Assembly: GCA_043816305.1 (NCBI GenBank)
Contig: JBDRHZ010000012.1
Span: forward strand, 55,701 to 119,700
Direction: 5' to 3'
Length of the DNA stretch: 64,000 nucleotides
Source: Patescibacteria group bacterium
GTDB lineage: Bacteria; Patescibacteriota; Dojkabacteria; JAHIVN01
The first letter of the stretch is position 1. Every line of letters starts with the position of its first letter. The notes beneath the pieces were generated by a model. The model ran no database searches, had not been told where the DNA came from, and worked only from the letters and a program-made list of their open reading frames with translations. This document shows positions 47,375-57,375 of this stretch, in pieces. The translations under genes were made by a program, and so were the position numbers.

Positions 47375-48967
47375 TCATTTGTCGAGGGAATTTATCTTGT
47401 AGACAATCATCTCTCCATCTACAACAGCATATTTATCAAGTTCGATTTTATATACTTCTTTCAGTTCTTCCTTCTTTGCTATATTGGGAAACCAGGATGG
47501 AAAAATGATTATATATTCAGGATTTTTTTCTAAAATCAGTTTCCAAAGAGCTTCCTCGCGATCTGCTCTTGTATCATATATTCTTGTTTCAAGAATTTCG
47601 GGGGAAACCAAACCCATCATATCTATTATCTTACGATCGGAGATATAAGTCATAGCCCCAATGTCATTCAAAGCAATAACGTCATTCGGTTTTGTGTTTT
47701 CAAGTATCCAATTTCCGAGTTTGACATGCATATCATTGATATTCTTTACATTCCAGCCAAACGTTGATGCCCAGACACTAAGCATTAAAATTAGGTAAAT
47801 TGAAGCTGTCGTAAATACAAAGATTTTGATTTTGGCAGCTGCTATTTTAAGCTTTTGTGCAGTGAATTCGATTCCCACTACGCCGATAATTGCATACAGC
47901 GGAATGAACGGCATAGTATATCTTCCGTGATGACGCAGATTGGGTGCAAAAATTGAAGCAAAAATCGGAAACCCGATTACTATAAGAAGAATGAGAAATA
48001 ATCGATTATTGTCTTTAATCATTTTAAATAATTTACAAAGCCCGAGTGGTACAAAGATAGTCAAGGGAATATAGTCAATAAAAAGAAGATAGGAGTATCT
48101 TAGAAGGTAAAGAATTACAGAAACAAGTTTATCACCCAATGAGTGGTAAACTACTATATCTTGTGACTTAAATGTATTTGGAAGCAAGCTACCGGTACAT
48201 CTGTAGCTGAAGATCAGATAAGGACCTATTAAAAGAGAGTAGATTGCAATTGTAATGACCAACAGTTTCACTTTGGTAAAGAATGAATTCTTATCTGGAA
48301 GTGATCTCAACAAGTGGAAAATCTCGAGTGACATAAAGAAAATAAAGATCAGATAACCTTCCGGCCTCACTGTTGATGCCAGCCCTAGCACAAGAACTTG
48401 TAAATATTTATTTTTCTTTGTGATGTGTAGAAGTAAGAATAAGAGCAGCAAAGCTGTAAAAAGAGTTACCTCCATTCCTGAAAGAGACGCCCAAGCAAAC
48501 CTTCCTGTGAATAAGGTGAACACTGCCGCTGAGATACTAGATAATTTCGATCGACTTAGTCTATATGCCAGTTTGTATGTCAGTATTCCAGAAAGTATAA
48601 AGAATATAGCACTCAGTGATTTTGCTATAAGTAAATGATCTTTTATAAAAAGATAAAAAAAGGATATGAGAATTGTCCAGCCTGGAGAAGTTGACCCTGG
48701 GGTAGGCTGATCCGGGTTGAATGAAAAGCCATTCCCTGCTACTAGGTTTTTCGAAAACTGGAAATGGATAAAAACATCATCAAGCGGTGCTCCGAAATTC
48801 CCGTTTGTCAATTTGTATTCATACGTTAGTACAATGCCCAATATTATTACCGCAAAGATCAAAATTATTAGTTCTGGTCTTGCTTGTTGTAGCCGTTTGA
48901 AAAATTTCATATCCGGCATTATAGCGTTAATTATTATTTGTTCCAAGGTTTTTCTGGATCTAAACAA
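47375..48967 (-). CDS. GT-C (GT39/ArnT-like) membrane glycosyltransferase
   Basis: LDDVFIH, GSTSP, SGMEV, VRPEG, DIGA, IDMMGL; many TMs. Confidence 0.8.
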   Translation of the reverse strand: MFRSRKTLEQIIINAIMPDMKFFKRLQQARPELIILIFAVIILGIVLTYEYKLTNGNFGAPLDDVFIHFQFSKNLVAGNGFSFNPDQPTPGSTSPGWTILISFFYLFIKDHLLIAKSLSAIFFILSGILTYKLAYRLSRSKLSSISAAVFTLFTGRFAWASLSGMEVTLFTALLLLFLLLHITKKNKYLQVLVLGLASTVRPEGYLIFIFFMSLEIFHLLRSLPDKNSFFTKVKLLVITIAIYSLLIGPYLIFSYRCTGSLLPNTFKSQDIVVYHSLGDKLVSVILYLLRYSYLLFIDYIPLTIFVPLGLCKLFKMIKDNNRLFLILLIVIGFPIFASIFAPNLRHHGRYTMPFIPLYAIIGVVGIEFTAQKLKIAAAKIKIFVFTTASIYLILMLSVWASTFGWNVKNINDMHVKLGNWILENTKPNDVIALNDIGAMTYISDRKIIDMMGLVSPEILETRIYDTRADREEALWKLILEKNPEYIIIFPSWFPNIAKKEELKEVYKIELDKYAVVDGEMIVYKINSLDK

Positions 48968-49040
48968 TTAAAAATTCACCCTTTACAAACGACCGGCTTT
49001 AAAATAAACTGTATTTAGTTAACTTTTTACATCCCTCCAT

Positions 49041-51431
49041 ATGCCTAGTTCATCAAAATCACCTCAGAAGAAAACGGTAGAGAAGAAAGAAGTTATTAAA
49101 GAAACTGTTCCGAACCCAGCGAAAAAAAAGAAGTTTCCAACATTTATTGCAGTTGCATGCGGATGCTTGGCATGCTGCGTTGTTAGCGGAATAATAGGAG
49201 GAGTTGTCTACTGGCTGAAATCTAAGGATAAAACTGGTCCTGTGTACAATGAGGAGCCACTAGTAGATATACTTGAACCGACCGGATCGAATTGGTATAC
49301 AACATATGAAGATAATATCGTCCTTTCAGGGATAGCCAAAGATTACGAAGAAAATATTGATAAGATCGAGTGGTCTGTAGAAGGCGGGGATTCTGGAACA
49401 ATTACAGCAGGGGAGGAATGGAATACGAGTAATATTACTCTAAAAGAAGGCGATAATAAGATAACTGTTTCAGTATACGATAATGAGAAGAATGTTGGTA
49501 CGGATAGTATCTTTGTAGTTTATAACAAAGAGGTAATATTCATCGGGGATCCTATAGCAGTACCAGATGTGCTTTATAAAGATGACCCTGCGGTGGATGT
49601 TATCATAAGTGCTAAAGTGCGGGTGGAATCTGATAAAAAGATCGGTGAGGCACTTCTTTACGATGTCGATGATAAAGGTGAAATCAAAGAAAAAATCGGT
49701 GTTATGTTAGACAATGGAAAAGTTACGAATGGAGATGATATACCTGGTGACGGGACTTTTAGCTACAAGGGGAAGATGAGTGCGACCTCACTTTCTCCAA
49801 AGTATATGAGAGTTGTGACTAAGCTTTCAGGTTCATCAATTTCCGGTATGTCGAGTTTAGTAAAAGTATCTGTGATTGAGCCGATCAGTCAGCAGGCGCT
49901 AGATCAGATAGAGCAGTTGAACCAGCAGGTATTGGATCTGCAGAACCAGCTGAATAATGATGGCGCTTCACAGCAGGAAATTGCAACTGAGATAAATACA
50001 TGGGTAGGTCAACAGCCTGGCATAGCAGGAAATGGCGTTTCTGAACAAGGACAAGGAGTGTGGTGGGTGTATGAAAATACTTGTATTCCTGGGGGAATAA
50101 TGATCAATCCTCCCGACACAAGAGGAGGTCAATCTGACGGGGCAGGTTTTGATGTTATAGCTCCCGGAAAAACTCTGGTAAGTAAAGCTAGTGCAGCATC
50201 TGACCTGAAAGTCGAAAGTACAAAAGCAATTTATCTTGGACCGTATAAGGATGACTTCGGAGCTTATGATGATTATAACGGTGCATGGAAAAAAATAAAG
50301 GAAAGTACGTGTCCTGAGTGTGAGACTGTAGAAAAAATGAACTATGACGTGACAGTAGATGACTTTAAAAATCTAGATCAGTATGGGTTGATAGTGATTT
50401 CCTCACATGGCGATAACTGGTATGGTGGGATGTGGGGTGATAATATCTGTTCAGAAGGGCTTCAGCAGTCACAGGTTGTGATTCTTACAAATCAGAAGCT
50501 GACAACTGAGAATATGAAAACATATGAAGCTGATCTTATGGCAAGAAGACTTGCAGTTCATGCAAATGGAAATCTAGTCGTACTTCCTTCATTTATCACA
50601 CATTACAACTCGAACTTTCCAAATAGTGTAGTTTATGTAGCTACCTGCCGAAGCTCGTATAACAATACTATGGCTTCAGCATTTCTTGGAAGTGGAGCAG
50701 ACGCCTACTACGGTTTTGATGACTATGTGTTATCCAGCTACTGTTATGATGTCGGTACAGATCTGTTTGATAGTTTTGTCCTTGAGGGGGATGACGCATC
50801 TACGAGTTATTCTGGTACGGTCAGTGCTGTTGGATCGAGCGACGGGCAGGGTGCAGATTTCCTCTGGACAGGAGAATCAACGCTCGAAATGGGAGGAAAG
50901 GACTTTGGAAATGTGAGCTTTGAGAGCGGTACATTCAACAGTTGGGCAGGAGCAGGGGATGATAGAATTATCACCTCACTCGGTCCCATCAAACCGAAAG
51001 ACGGGAATTTCATGGCTATCATTAGCACTGGACTCGGCTCTGTATCAGATAGCAAGAGTTCGATTAAACAGTCAATTTGCTATGGAAAGAGTGGTGGTAA
51101 GCTGAAATTTGATTACAACCTTGTATCCGAAGAACCACAGGAGTTTGTCGGTTCGCCGTATGACGATAGATTGAGTGCCTACATAATTGTAGATGGAAAG
51201 AAGACTAAAATTATGAGCAAGGGAGTGAACGATTCGACGTGGATAAAGGTCCAGGGAATAGATTTTGAAGGAGGTGATGCGTCCACTTTCCAAACAGGAT
51301 GGAAAACAATAACCTACTCTCTAAGTGGTGTAAAATCCGGTTCGAAAGTTGGGCTGTTGTTTGAGATCAAGGATGTCGGAGATAGTGCTTATGATACAGC
51401 GGCGTTGATTGATAATATAAGGGTGGATTAA
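49041..51431 (+). CDS. Surface protein with Ig-like, choice-of-anchor X-like and putative caspase/gingipain-like domains
   Basis: Cys-rich TM; LDNG..GDD..GDGTFS; ISSHG...VATC. Confidence 0.6.
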   Translation: MPSSSKSPQKKTVEKKEVIKETVPNPAKKKKFPTFIAVACGCLACCVVSGIIGGVVYWLKSKDKTGPVYNEEPLVDILEPTGSNWYTTYEDNIVLSGIAKDYEENIDKIEWSVEGGDSGTITAGEEWNTSNITLKEGDNKITVSVYDNEKNVGTDSIFVVYNKEVIFIGDPIAVPDVLYKDDPAVDVIISAKVRVESDKKIGEALLYDVDDKGEIKEKIGVMLDNGKVTNGDDIPGDGTFSYKGKMSATSLSPKYMRVVTKLSGSSISGMSSLVKVSVIEPISQQALDQIEQLNQQVLDLQNQLNNDGASQQEIATEINTWVGQQPGIAGNGVSEQGQGVWWVYENTCIPGGIMINPPDTRGGQSDGAGFDVIAPGKTLVSKASAASDLKVESTKAIYLGPYKDDFGAYDDYNGAWKKIKESTCPECETVEKMNYDVTVDDFKNLDQYGLIVISSHGDNWYGGMWGDNICSEGLQQSQVVILTNQKLTTENMKTYEADLMARRLAVHANGNLVVLPSFITHYNSNFPNSVVYVATCRSSYNNTMASAFLGSGADAYYGFDDYVLSSYCYDVGTDLFDSFVLEGDDASTSYSGTVSAVGSSDGQGADFLWTGESTLEMGGKDFGNVSFESGTFNSWAGAGDDRIITSLGPIKPKDGNFMAIISTGLGSVSDSKSSIKQSICYGKSGGKLKFDYNLVSEEPQEFVGSPYDDRLSAYIIVDGKKTKIMSKGVNDSTWIKVQGIDFEGGDASTFQTGWKTITYSLSGVKSGSKVGLLFEIKDVGDSAYDTAALIDNIRVD

Positions 51432-51481
51432 AAGATCTTGGGGCAAGGGGCTTAAGCCCCTTGCTTTATGCATTAATCTAA

Positions 51482-51982
51482 ATGAACATGAGCCTAAGAA
51501 ACGAAATTCTAAAATTTCTCCAGACTAACGACAACCTGACGCTGGCTACTTGTTCAAGCGCAAAGCCCTGGAGCAGTGTGGTGATCTATGTCAATGATGA
51601 TAAGTTTAACTTCTACTTCACTTCAGACCCAACCTCAAGACATGCTCGAGAGATATCGAAAAACCCACATGTTTCCTTTGCTATAAATCATGAGAGAATA
51701 GAAGAAGGCTACATCAAGGCCATGCAGGTAGAAGGTTTCGCCGAGAAACTTAATCTGAAAGAAGTGCCGTTTGTCTTTAAACTATATCTAAAGAAGTTTC
51801 CTTTTGCCAAAAGTTTTCTACCTTCTTTTAAAAGATTATTGAAGAAAGGTTTCCGCTGGAAGTTTTATAAGATCAGGCCGGCAAGGATTTTTTATATGAA
51901 CAAGGAACTTTATGATAAGGGGGTAAGAGAAGAATTTGAATTGGGGAATTCTGTGTGTAATGGTTCAAACACGGAGGTTTGA
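51482..51982 (+). CDS. Pyridoxamine 5'-phosphate oxidase-like protein
   Basis: LTLAT, FYFTSDPTSRH..NPHVS, MQVEG. Confidence 0.85.
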   Translation: MNMSLRNEILKFLQTNDNLTLATCSSAKPWSSVVIYVNDDKFNFYFTSDPTSRHAREISKNPHVSFAINHERIEEGYIKAMQVEGFAEKLNLKEVPFVFKLYLKKFPFAKSFLPSFKRLLKKGFRWKFYKIRPARIFYMNKELYDKGVREEFELGNSVCNGSNTEV

Positions 51983-52046
51983 ACTAGCTGATGAGTGATT
52001 AATCCAATGAGGTTGTAAGCTCTTGTGTTTAGCTTAAAAATAGAGC

Positions 52047-52598
52047 TTGAATAATATTCCAAGTGCGAGTAAAATTGCCTATCGTATGAAAAGTCGAGTT
52101 TATTCAAAATTTATAGTGCCGATAATGATTCCTATCTTGGGACTTATTTCTCCTCTTGGGGTGAAGGCTCAGGAAGTTTCTGCTCCTGCTGATCCTGGAG
52201 AACTCATACTTTTTGTTCGAGAGGGTTGCGAGTACTGTGCTTTGACTGAAAAATTCATCGAAGAAAAGGGACTGACTGATAAAATTTCGATTAAGGATGT
52301 CAACGAGGACCCGGCAAACGCAGCGGAGTACAATACATATGCTGATGAAGCAGGTATTCCTATCGACGATCGCGGGGTACCTATGCTTTATGACAATGGC
52401 GAAGTGATGGAGTCTGCTGATAAGATCATAATCAGGCTTGGTGAAAAATTTGAGGTTTCGACCGAGGGTTATCTTCCTGATATGAAGCCTTCTGGAAACG
52501 GCGAGGTATCCCCAGCGGTATTGATTGTGATATTTGGTATAGCAGCCGTTGTGATAGCAGGTTTTCTATTCTTGAGCAACAAGAAAGACAAGAGATAG
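52047..52598 (+). CDS. Exported glutaredoxin-like protein with C-terminal TM
   Basis: GCEYC, RGVP; signal peptide ending VKA-Q. Confidence 0.8.
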   Translation: MNNIPSASKIAYRMKSRVYSKFIVPIMIPILGLISPLGVKAQEVSAPADPGELILFVREGCEYCALTEKFIEEKGLTDKISIKDVNEDPANAAEYNTYADEAGIPIDDRGVPMLYDNGEVMESADKIIIRLGEKFEVSTEGYLPDMKPSGNGEVSPAVLIVIFGIAAVVIAGFLFLSNKKDKR

Positions 52599-52728
52599 TA
52601 TTTCAAATCTCTCCACCAAAGGCGCTTGCCTGCGCAGACAGGGATCTTGCCAAGAGGCGGGAGAACTTAAGACTCAAAACTTCCTGCTATTGTTAATTTA
52701 TTTAGGATCATAAGCAAATAGAGAACCT

Positions 52729-53400
52729 ATGACTAACGTAACATTACCGCTTATAACTCTCGGTGCGCTTGGCGATTCGATAAACCCATGTGCGATAGCA
52801 GTGCTTGTATTTCTCGTGACATTTCTGATAACCATAAAGAAACGGGGAGTAAAATTTTTGCTGATAGCATTTGTATACATCTTCTTTGTCTACTTGACGT
52901 ATTTCTTAGCAGGACTTGGCCTTCTAAGTTCGGTCCAAAAATTAGAGATAGCACATATCGTTTATAGGATAACAGCAGTTGTCGTTATCTTGGCTGGTCT
53001 GGTAAACATCAAGGACTTCTTTTTTTCCGGTCGTGGTTTTTCACTTGCTATACCTGAATCCAAGAAACCAATTATAAAAAAGTATATACAGAAAGCTTCT
53101 ATTCCCTCAGCTATTGTGCTTGGGATACTTGTGTCTCTATTTGAACTTCCTTGTACTGGCGGGATATACCTTGCTGTTATAGGACTTTTAGCGGAGAAAG
53201 CCACCTGGACGGAAGGTTTTCTGTACTTGCTTTATTATAATCTGATCTTTGTTCTTCCTCTCATAATAATAGTTCTATTTTCATTCTTCAGCTTATCCTC
53301 TGAGACTATCAATTCCTGGCGCAAGAAAAACAAGCGGGGAATGCGGTTAATTATGGGAATTTCCATGATCCTGCTTGGTATATTGATGTGGGTGAGCTAG
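52729..53400 (+). CDS. CcdA/DsbD-type transmembrane electron carrier
   Basis: DSINPCA and FELPCTG cysteine motifs. Confidence 0.85.
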   Translation: MTNVTLPLITLGALGDSINPCAIAVLVFLVTFLITIKKRGVKFLLIAFVYIFFVYLTYFLAGLGLLSSVQKLEIAHIVYRITAVVVILAGLVNIKDFFFSGRGFSLAIPESKKPIIKKYIQKASIPSAIVLGILVSLFELPCTGGIYLAVIGLLAEKATWTEGFLYLLYYNLIFVLPLIIIVLFSFFSLSSETINSWRKKNKRGMRLIMGISMILLGILMWVS

Positions 53401-53631
53401 GAGCTCGTGTGCCTATGAGCTAATGAGCCCATAAGTTTATGTTTCCAGTAACTGGTGACTGTTATGAGATATCAGATACTGGCTTTCGCTTCTTTGTCAT
53501 TCTGACTTCAGAGTTCAGGCAGCTACCGAATACCGGATCCCAGCTACCAGCTACCTGATACTGCTACAAGTTTGTAATAGTCTCTGCTTTCAAGTACAAT
53601 AACTATAATTATAAATTAGTACTTATATCAA

Positions 53632-55065
53632 ATGAGCTGCCTCAAAGTCTTCCGCTGGATTCTTTCAATTCTGATTTTCGTAATCTTGTTCGCAACGATC
53701 CTTTTTGGGATTCCGTTGTCTATGCTGTCAAAGGTAGTAACAAATCCTGAAAATGTAAAAAAACTAATCGCTGAAAGCGGAGTATATGAAACTGCTCCAG
53801 ATATATTTGTCGGCCAATTTTTGAGTCATAGCAGTGAAGATATTTATGCTTATGCAGGGATTGAGAGTGAGAATGACGTGAAAGAGATTACGAACAGAGT
53901 TCTTCCCTCTGAGTGGCTGAAAGAAAATACCGAGATAATCATAGATTCTTTTTATGACTGGCTTGAGGGAGAAACGGAGAATCCTGAGTTTACGATTGAT
54001 GTAGCAGACAGGCAGAATGCACTTGTGGATGAATTTGCCCAGATCACAAAGGATAATCTGCAAGAACTGCCAACTTGTACTGAGGGTGATACTACAGAAT
54101 TCAATCCATTCTCTGCTACTTGTATTCCTTCAGGCTTTGACTTGCAGGAGCTGGAGAAGCAGATAGATGAGCAGCTGGCGAGCGGAAAATTCTTTGAAGA
54201 AACAGAGGTTTCTTCAGACCAATTCTTGAAGATCGATGAGACTGTGACTAAAAATGCACAAAGAATATACAGCGTTGTAAAAAATCTTCACAAGGTTGTT
54301 CTTGGAGTGATTGTTGTTCTTTCACTTGTACTCTTTCTCCTTTTACCGGGAATTTCGAACAAATTCTTTGTCATTGGTGTAAATTGGACGGTTTCAGGGT
54401 CTGCGCTGATGTTTGCGAATCTGCTTGCAAACAGCAAGTTTGAAAGTTTCTACTCAGATCGGCTTTCCGGAGTTTCAGTTGAGCAAAGAGAAATTGTCGA
54501 TAAAATCATTAAGGCAGTCATAGATGTCAGTTCTACTTCTATTTGGCGTGAGTCGAGACAATATGCCGTAGTAATCATAGTTCTCGGAGTGGTCTTCATC
54601 ATAGGCGGTCTGATCATGAAATTCTCGAAGGGAAGATACTATATGAGTGAGGATAAAATAAAGGATAAACCCAAGAAAGAAGAACCTGAAAAAGTAAAGA
54701 AAGACCAGGTTATAAAAGAAACGGTAAAGAAAGAAGAGCCGAAACCTGTGCCCAGACCTGAGGTCAAGTCGGAACTTTCAGTTGTGTCGATGCCTAAGCC
54801 GAAGTCAGAAATCAAGTTAGAACCAGCTGTTGTAACTGCTCCTAAACCAAAACCGAAGACTGTTCCCTTACCCAAACCGGTTGAAGAACCAGTAGAGAAA
54901 CAGGTAATTAAGCCTGTGGTAAAGCCGGCAGTTGAAAGTGAAAGTGAAAGTGAGGACGCGCTTAGTGAAGTCGAAGAGATGGAGAAACGCTTGAATATGA
55001 AAGGAGAAGAGCTGTCTCAGCAGAAAGATGATGAGACAAAGGCAAGTGTGAAGCCAGGCAAATAA
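53632..55065 (+). CDS. Hypothetical membrane protein with K/E/P-rich tail
   Basis: About 4 TMs, LPTC..CIP loop. Confidence 0.7.
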   Translation: MSCLKVFRWILSILIFVILFATILFGIPLSMLSKVVTNPENVKKLIAESGVYETAPDIFVGQFLSHSSEDIYAYAGIESENDVKEITNRVLPSEWLKENTEIIIDSFYDWLEGETENPEFTIDVADRQNALVDEFAQITKDNLQELPTCTEGDTTEFNPFSATCIPSGFDLQELEKQIDEQLASGKFFEETEVSSDQFLKIDETVTKNAQRIYSVVKNLHKVVLGVIVVLSLVLFLLLPGISNKFFVIGVNWTVSGSALMFANLLANSKFESFYSDRLSGVSVEQREIVDKIIKAVIDVSSTSIWRESRQYAVVIIVLGVVFIIGGLIMKFSKGRYYMSEDKIKDKPKKEEPEKVKKDQVIKETVKKEEPKPVPRPEVKSELSVVSMPKPKSEIKLEPAVVTAPKPKPKTVPLPKPVEEPVEKQVIKPVVKPAVESESESEDALSEVEEMEKRLNMKGEELSQQKDDETKASVKPGK

Positions 55066-55086
55066 TTTATTAAATTTATCTATATA

Positions 55087-55476
55087 GTGGCCAGATTCAA
55101 AATTATCAAAAAATCCCAGGCAAAAATAGTTGACCTGGGAACAAAGATCATTCGCAAGTATGCCTCATCCGATCGGAAGCTTGAAATCAATCATATGAAG
55201 ATAACGGGCCGGCATCCTGAAAATCCTGATCATTTTATATTCGAGACGAAATGTCATTTCATGGTATATATCATTTCTGGAGAAGGCTATGTTTATTGTG
55301 ATGACAAAAAGTTTAAAGTCGGTGCGGGAGATGTAATAGATGTTCCGGTAAGCACTAGATATGCTGTAGAGGGTGATAACTTGGAATACTTAACATGTGA
55401 GCATCCAGCCTGGTTTGCAGAGCAGGCAAGTATCGTTGATTCAAAGGGAATTATGATTGAGGATACAAAGAAGTGA
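55087..55476 (+). CDS. Cupin domain protein
   Basis: YIISGEG..GDVIDVP..RYAVEG. Confidence 0.8.
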   Translation: MARFKIIKKSQAKIVDLGTKIIRKYASSDRKLEINHMKITGRHPENPDHFIFETKCHFMVYIISGEGYVYCDDKKFKVGAGDVIDVPVSTRYAVEGDNLEYLTCEHPAWFAEQASIVDSKGIMIEDTKK

Positions 55477-55494
55477 TTATACAGGTGTATTTTC

Positions 55495-56028
55495 TCAGCA
55501 GCAATCTTCCAGATTTTCCTCTAATTTCTTTATGGCATCCTGCTTTTCGGAGTCAGAAGTATTTGGTTTTGTTTTCTTCTTATTACCTGCAGAAATTACT
55601 TTCTCTTTGTTTTCGTTTTTTTTGAATTTAAACATAGCAAGGATTGTCAATCCAATCATAAAAGTTATTGCCAGTCCTATTTGTATCATAGAACTATCCT
55701 TCTTCGCAACTGCATAAGCTAGAAAGAAACCCCATGGTACCCAGAGAACTCTTATCATCCAAAAATGTTTTATTTTACGCTCTTTAAACTTGTCTCTTAG
55801 TGCATACATAATTCCAACAACACTCCCTCCAAATAAAACACCAAGTAGAGTGCCATCTACTTCGAGAAAATTCAGCGTTCTGAGAGTAAGCAGAGCCAGC
55901 CAGGTTGTGCTTGAGGCTGCGCAAATGGCGCATAGCTTAATTCCTGTAAGCTGTTTGCTGAGAGGAGAGATGATAAAGGCAAAGAGAAAGAAGAGAATTG
56001 TTATTGAAAGAATTGTAAGGTAGATCAT
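55495..56028 (-). CDS. Membrane protein with CAIC motif and C-terminal CC
   Basis: Multiple TMs, LCAICAA, LEDCC. Confidence 0.7.
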   Translation of the reverse strand: MIYLTILSITILFFLFAFIISPLSKQLTGIKLCAICAASSTTWLALLTLRTLNFLEVDGTLLGVLFGGSVVGIMYALRDKFKERKIKHFWMIRVLWVPWGFFLAYAVAKKDSSMIQIGLAITFMIGLTILAMFKFKKNENKEKVISAGNKKKTKPNTSDSEKQDAIKKLEENLEDCC

Positions 56029-56070
56029 GCTAGATAATCAGGAAATTAAGTTATTGGGTTATTTTAGTTA

Positions 56071-57375
56071 TTACCCTTCAATTATAACATTTGGATTGAA
56101 ACAAATCCCAGGCTGTGGGAAAAGATCCCACTTAGTAAATTTTACATTATTAGCTAAATCTACAAAAATATTGCCTGTAATAATAACTTTTATAGTTCCT
56201 CTTAACTTCCCATTTTTTATGTAAATAGCATATGGTGCGGGCAAGGAATAGTCTCCTGTTGTCTGATTTTGTGTGTGCATGCCTAAAAAGTAAGGTATGA
56301 AGACAGCCTGTTCGCTCTCGTTCAATCGTTTCTCCAGAGCATCAACTTTAGTGTCCTTTTCGACAAAAGAAGTTGTATATGGGCCAGTGATAAGCGACGT
56401 AGGCGGCAGACCTAATTTCTGTGAATGCTTGAGGTCAAGTACCGGTGTTTTCAGTTGTCCATTTTTGATAAACGTTGCCTTTTCATTCTCTACTCCTTCA
56501 GATGTGAAGTTGGCTGCTCCGGGAGTCATCTCCTTCTGTGAATCAGCACATAGAGTGAACCAAGGAGGCAGAATTTTCTTCTGGTCCTTGAAATCCTCTT
56601 TGCTGAATCGCGATAGCCGGTTTGCGACAAGGCTTCCTCTCAGGTTATTGATGACAAAAAATGATAGGAGGCTCCAGGCCGCTTCCGGTGACAATATCAC
56701 AGCTATCTTTTCTTTCTGCTTCACCTTTACACTTGTATCTGAAGCCCTAAATAGTTTACCGAGCAGCTCTATACTGGCAGAATATGCCGAGATTTCTAAT
56801 GGTGATCTAGAAGATAATGTAAAGAAAAATCTGGACTCAAGGCTCGACTGTAGGGTGTATGAGGAGAAAGAATCAGCAAGCTCCAAACCCTTTGAATTTA
56901 TAACCTGTGTTTTAGATATTGATGCTAGTATATCTGTCTCGAAAGACTTTACCCCAAATGATGCTTCGATATCCTTTATCTTTCTCAGCTGATCAACTAC
57001 AAAATCCTGATTTTCAGTCTGAATCTTCTTCAGCTCCTTAGAATATTGTAAAGTTTTATTTTTGGGTCGGTAATTATCGAGAAAAGTTTTTGAGTATTCG
57101 TCTGTGATGCTTACTTCCCTTGCAGTGAGTACAGTTCTTTCAGGGTTTTCGAGATTTGCACTTGTAATGCTCGTTTTGCTGATATTCCCATCTGTCCATT
57201 CTATCAGAAGATCTCCGCTGATTTTGCTGCTGTTTGAAATTGGAGCATAAGCACCTCCGATGCTTTGTCCATAGATCCCGATAGAGAGGCTGTCATTCTT
57301 ATATACTGATAACCGGTAGTTTCGTACTTCTTTTGTTTTTTTGAGATATTTCTGCAGATTATTCATATCAGCCAA
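56071..57375 (-). CDS. pmbA: PmbA/TldE family protein
   Basis: VILSPEA, FTSEG..FIKNG, GMHTQNQTTGDYS; follows tldD. Confidence 0.75.
   Translation of the reverse strand: MADMNNLQKYLKKTKEVRNYRLSVYKNDSLSIGIYGQSIGGAYAPISNSSKISGDLLIEWTDGNISKTSITSANLENPERTVLTAREVSITDEYSKTFLDNYRPKNKTLQYSKELKKIQTENQDFVVDQLRKIKDIEASFGVKSFETDILASISKTQVINSKGLELADSFSSYTLQSSLESRFFFTLSSRSPLEISAYSASIELLGKLFRASDTSVKVKQKEKIAVILSPEAAWSLLSFFVINNLRGSLVANRLSRFSKEDFKDQKKILPPWFTLCADSQKEMTPGAANFTSEGVENEKATFIKNGQLKTPVLDLKHSQKLGLPPTSLITGPYTTSFVEKDTKVDALEKRLNESEQAVFIPYFLGMHTQNQTTGDYSLPAPYAIYIKNGKLRGTIKVIITGNIFVDLANNVKFTKWDLFPQPGICFNPNVIIEG

Noticed and set aside
54660-54960. Repetitive DNA including gaaagt x3
   Set aside because: Encodes a low-complexity K/E/P tail in frame; an ordinary disordered region.
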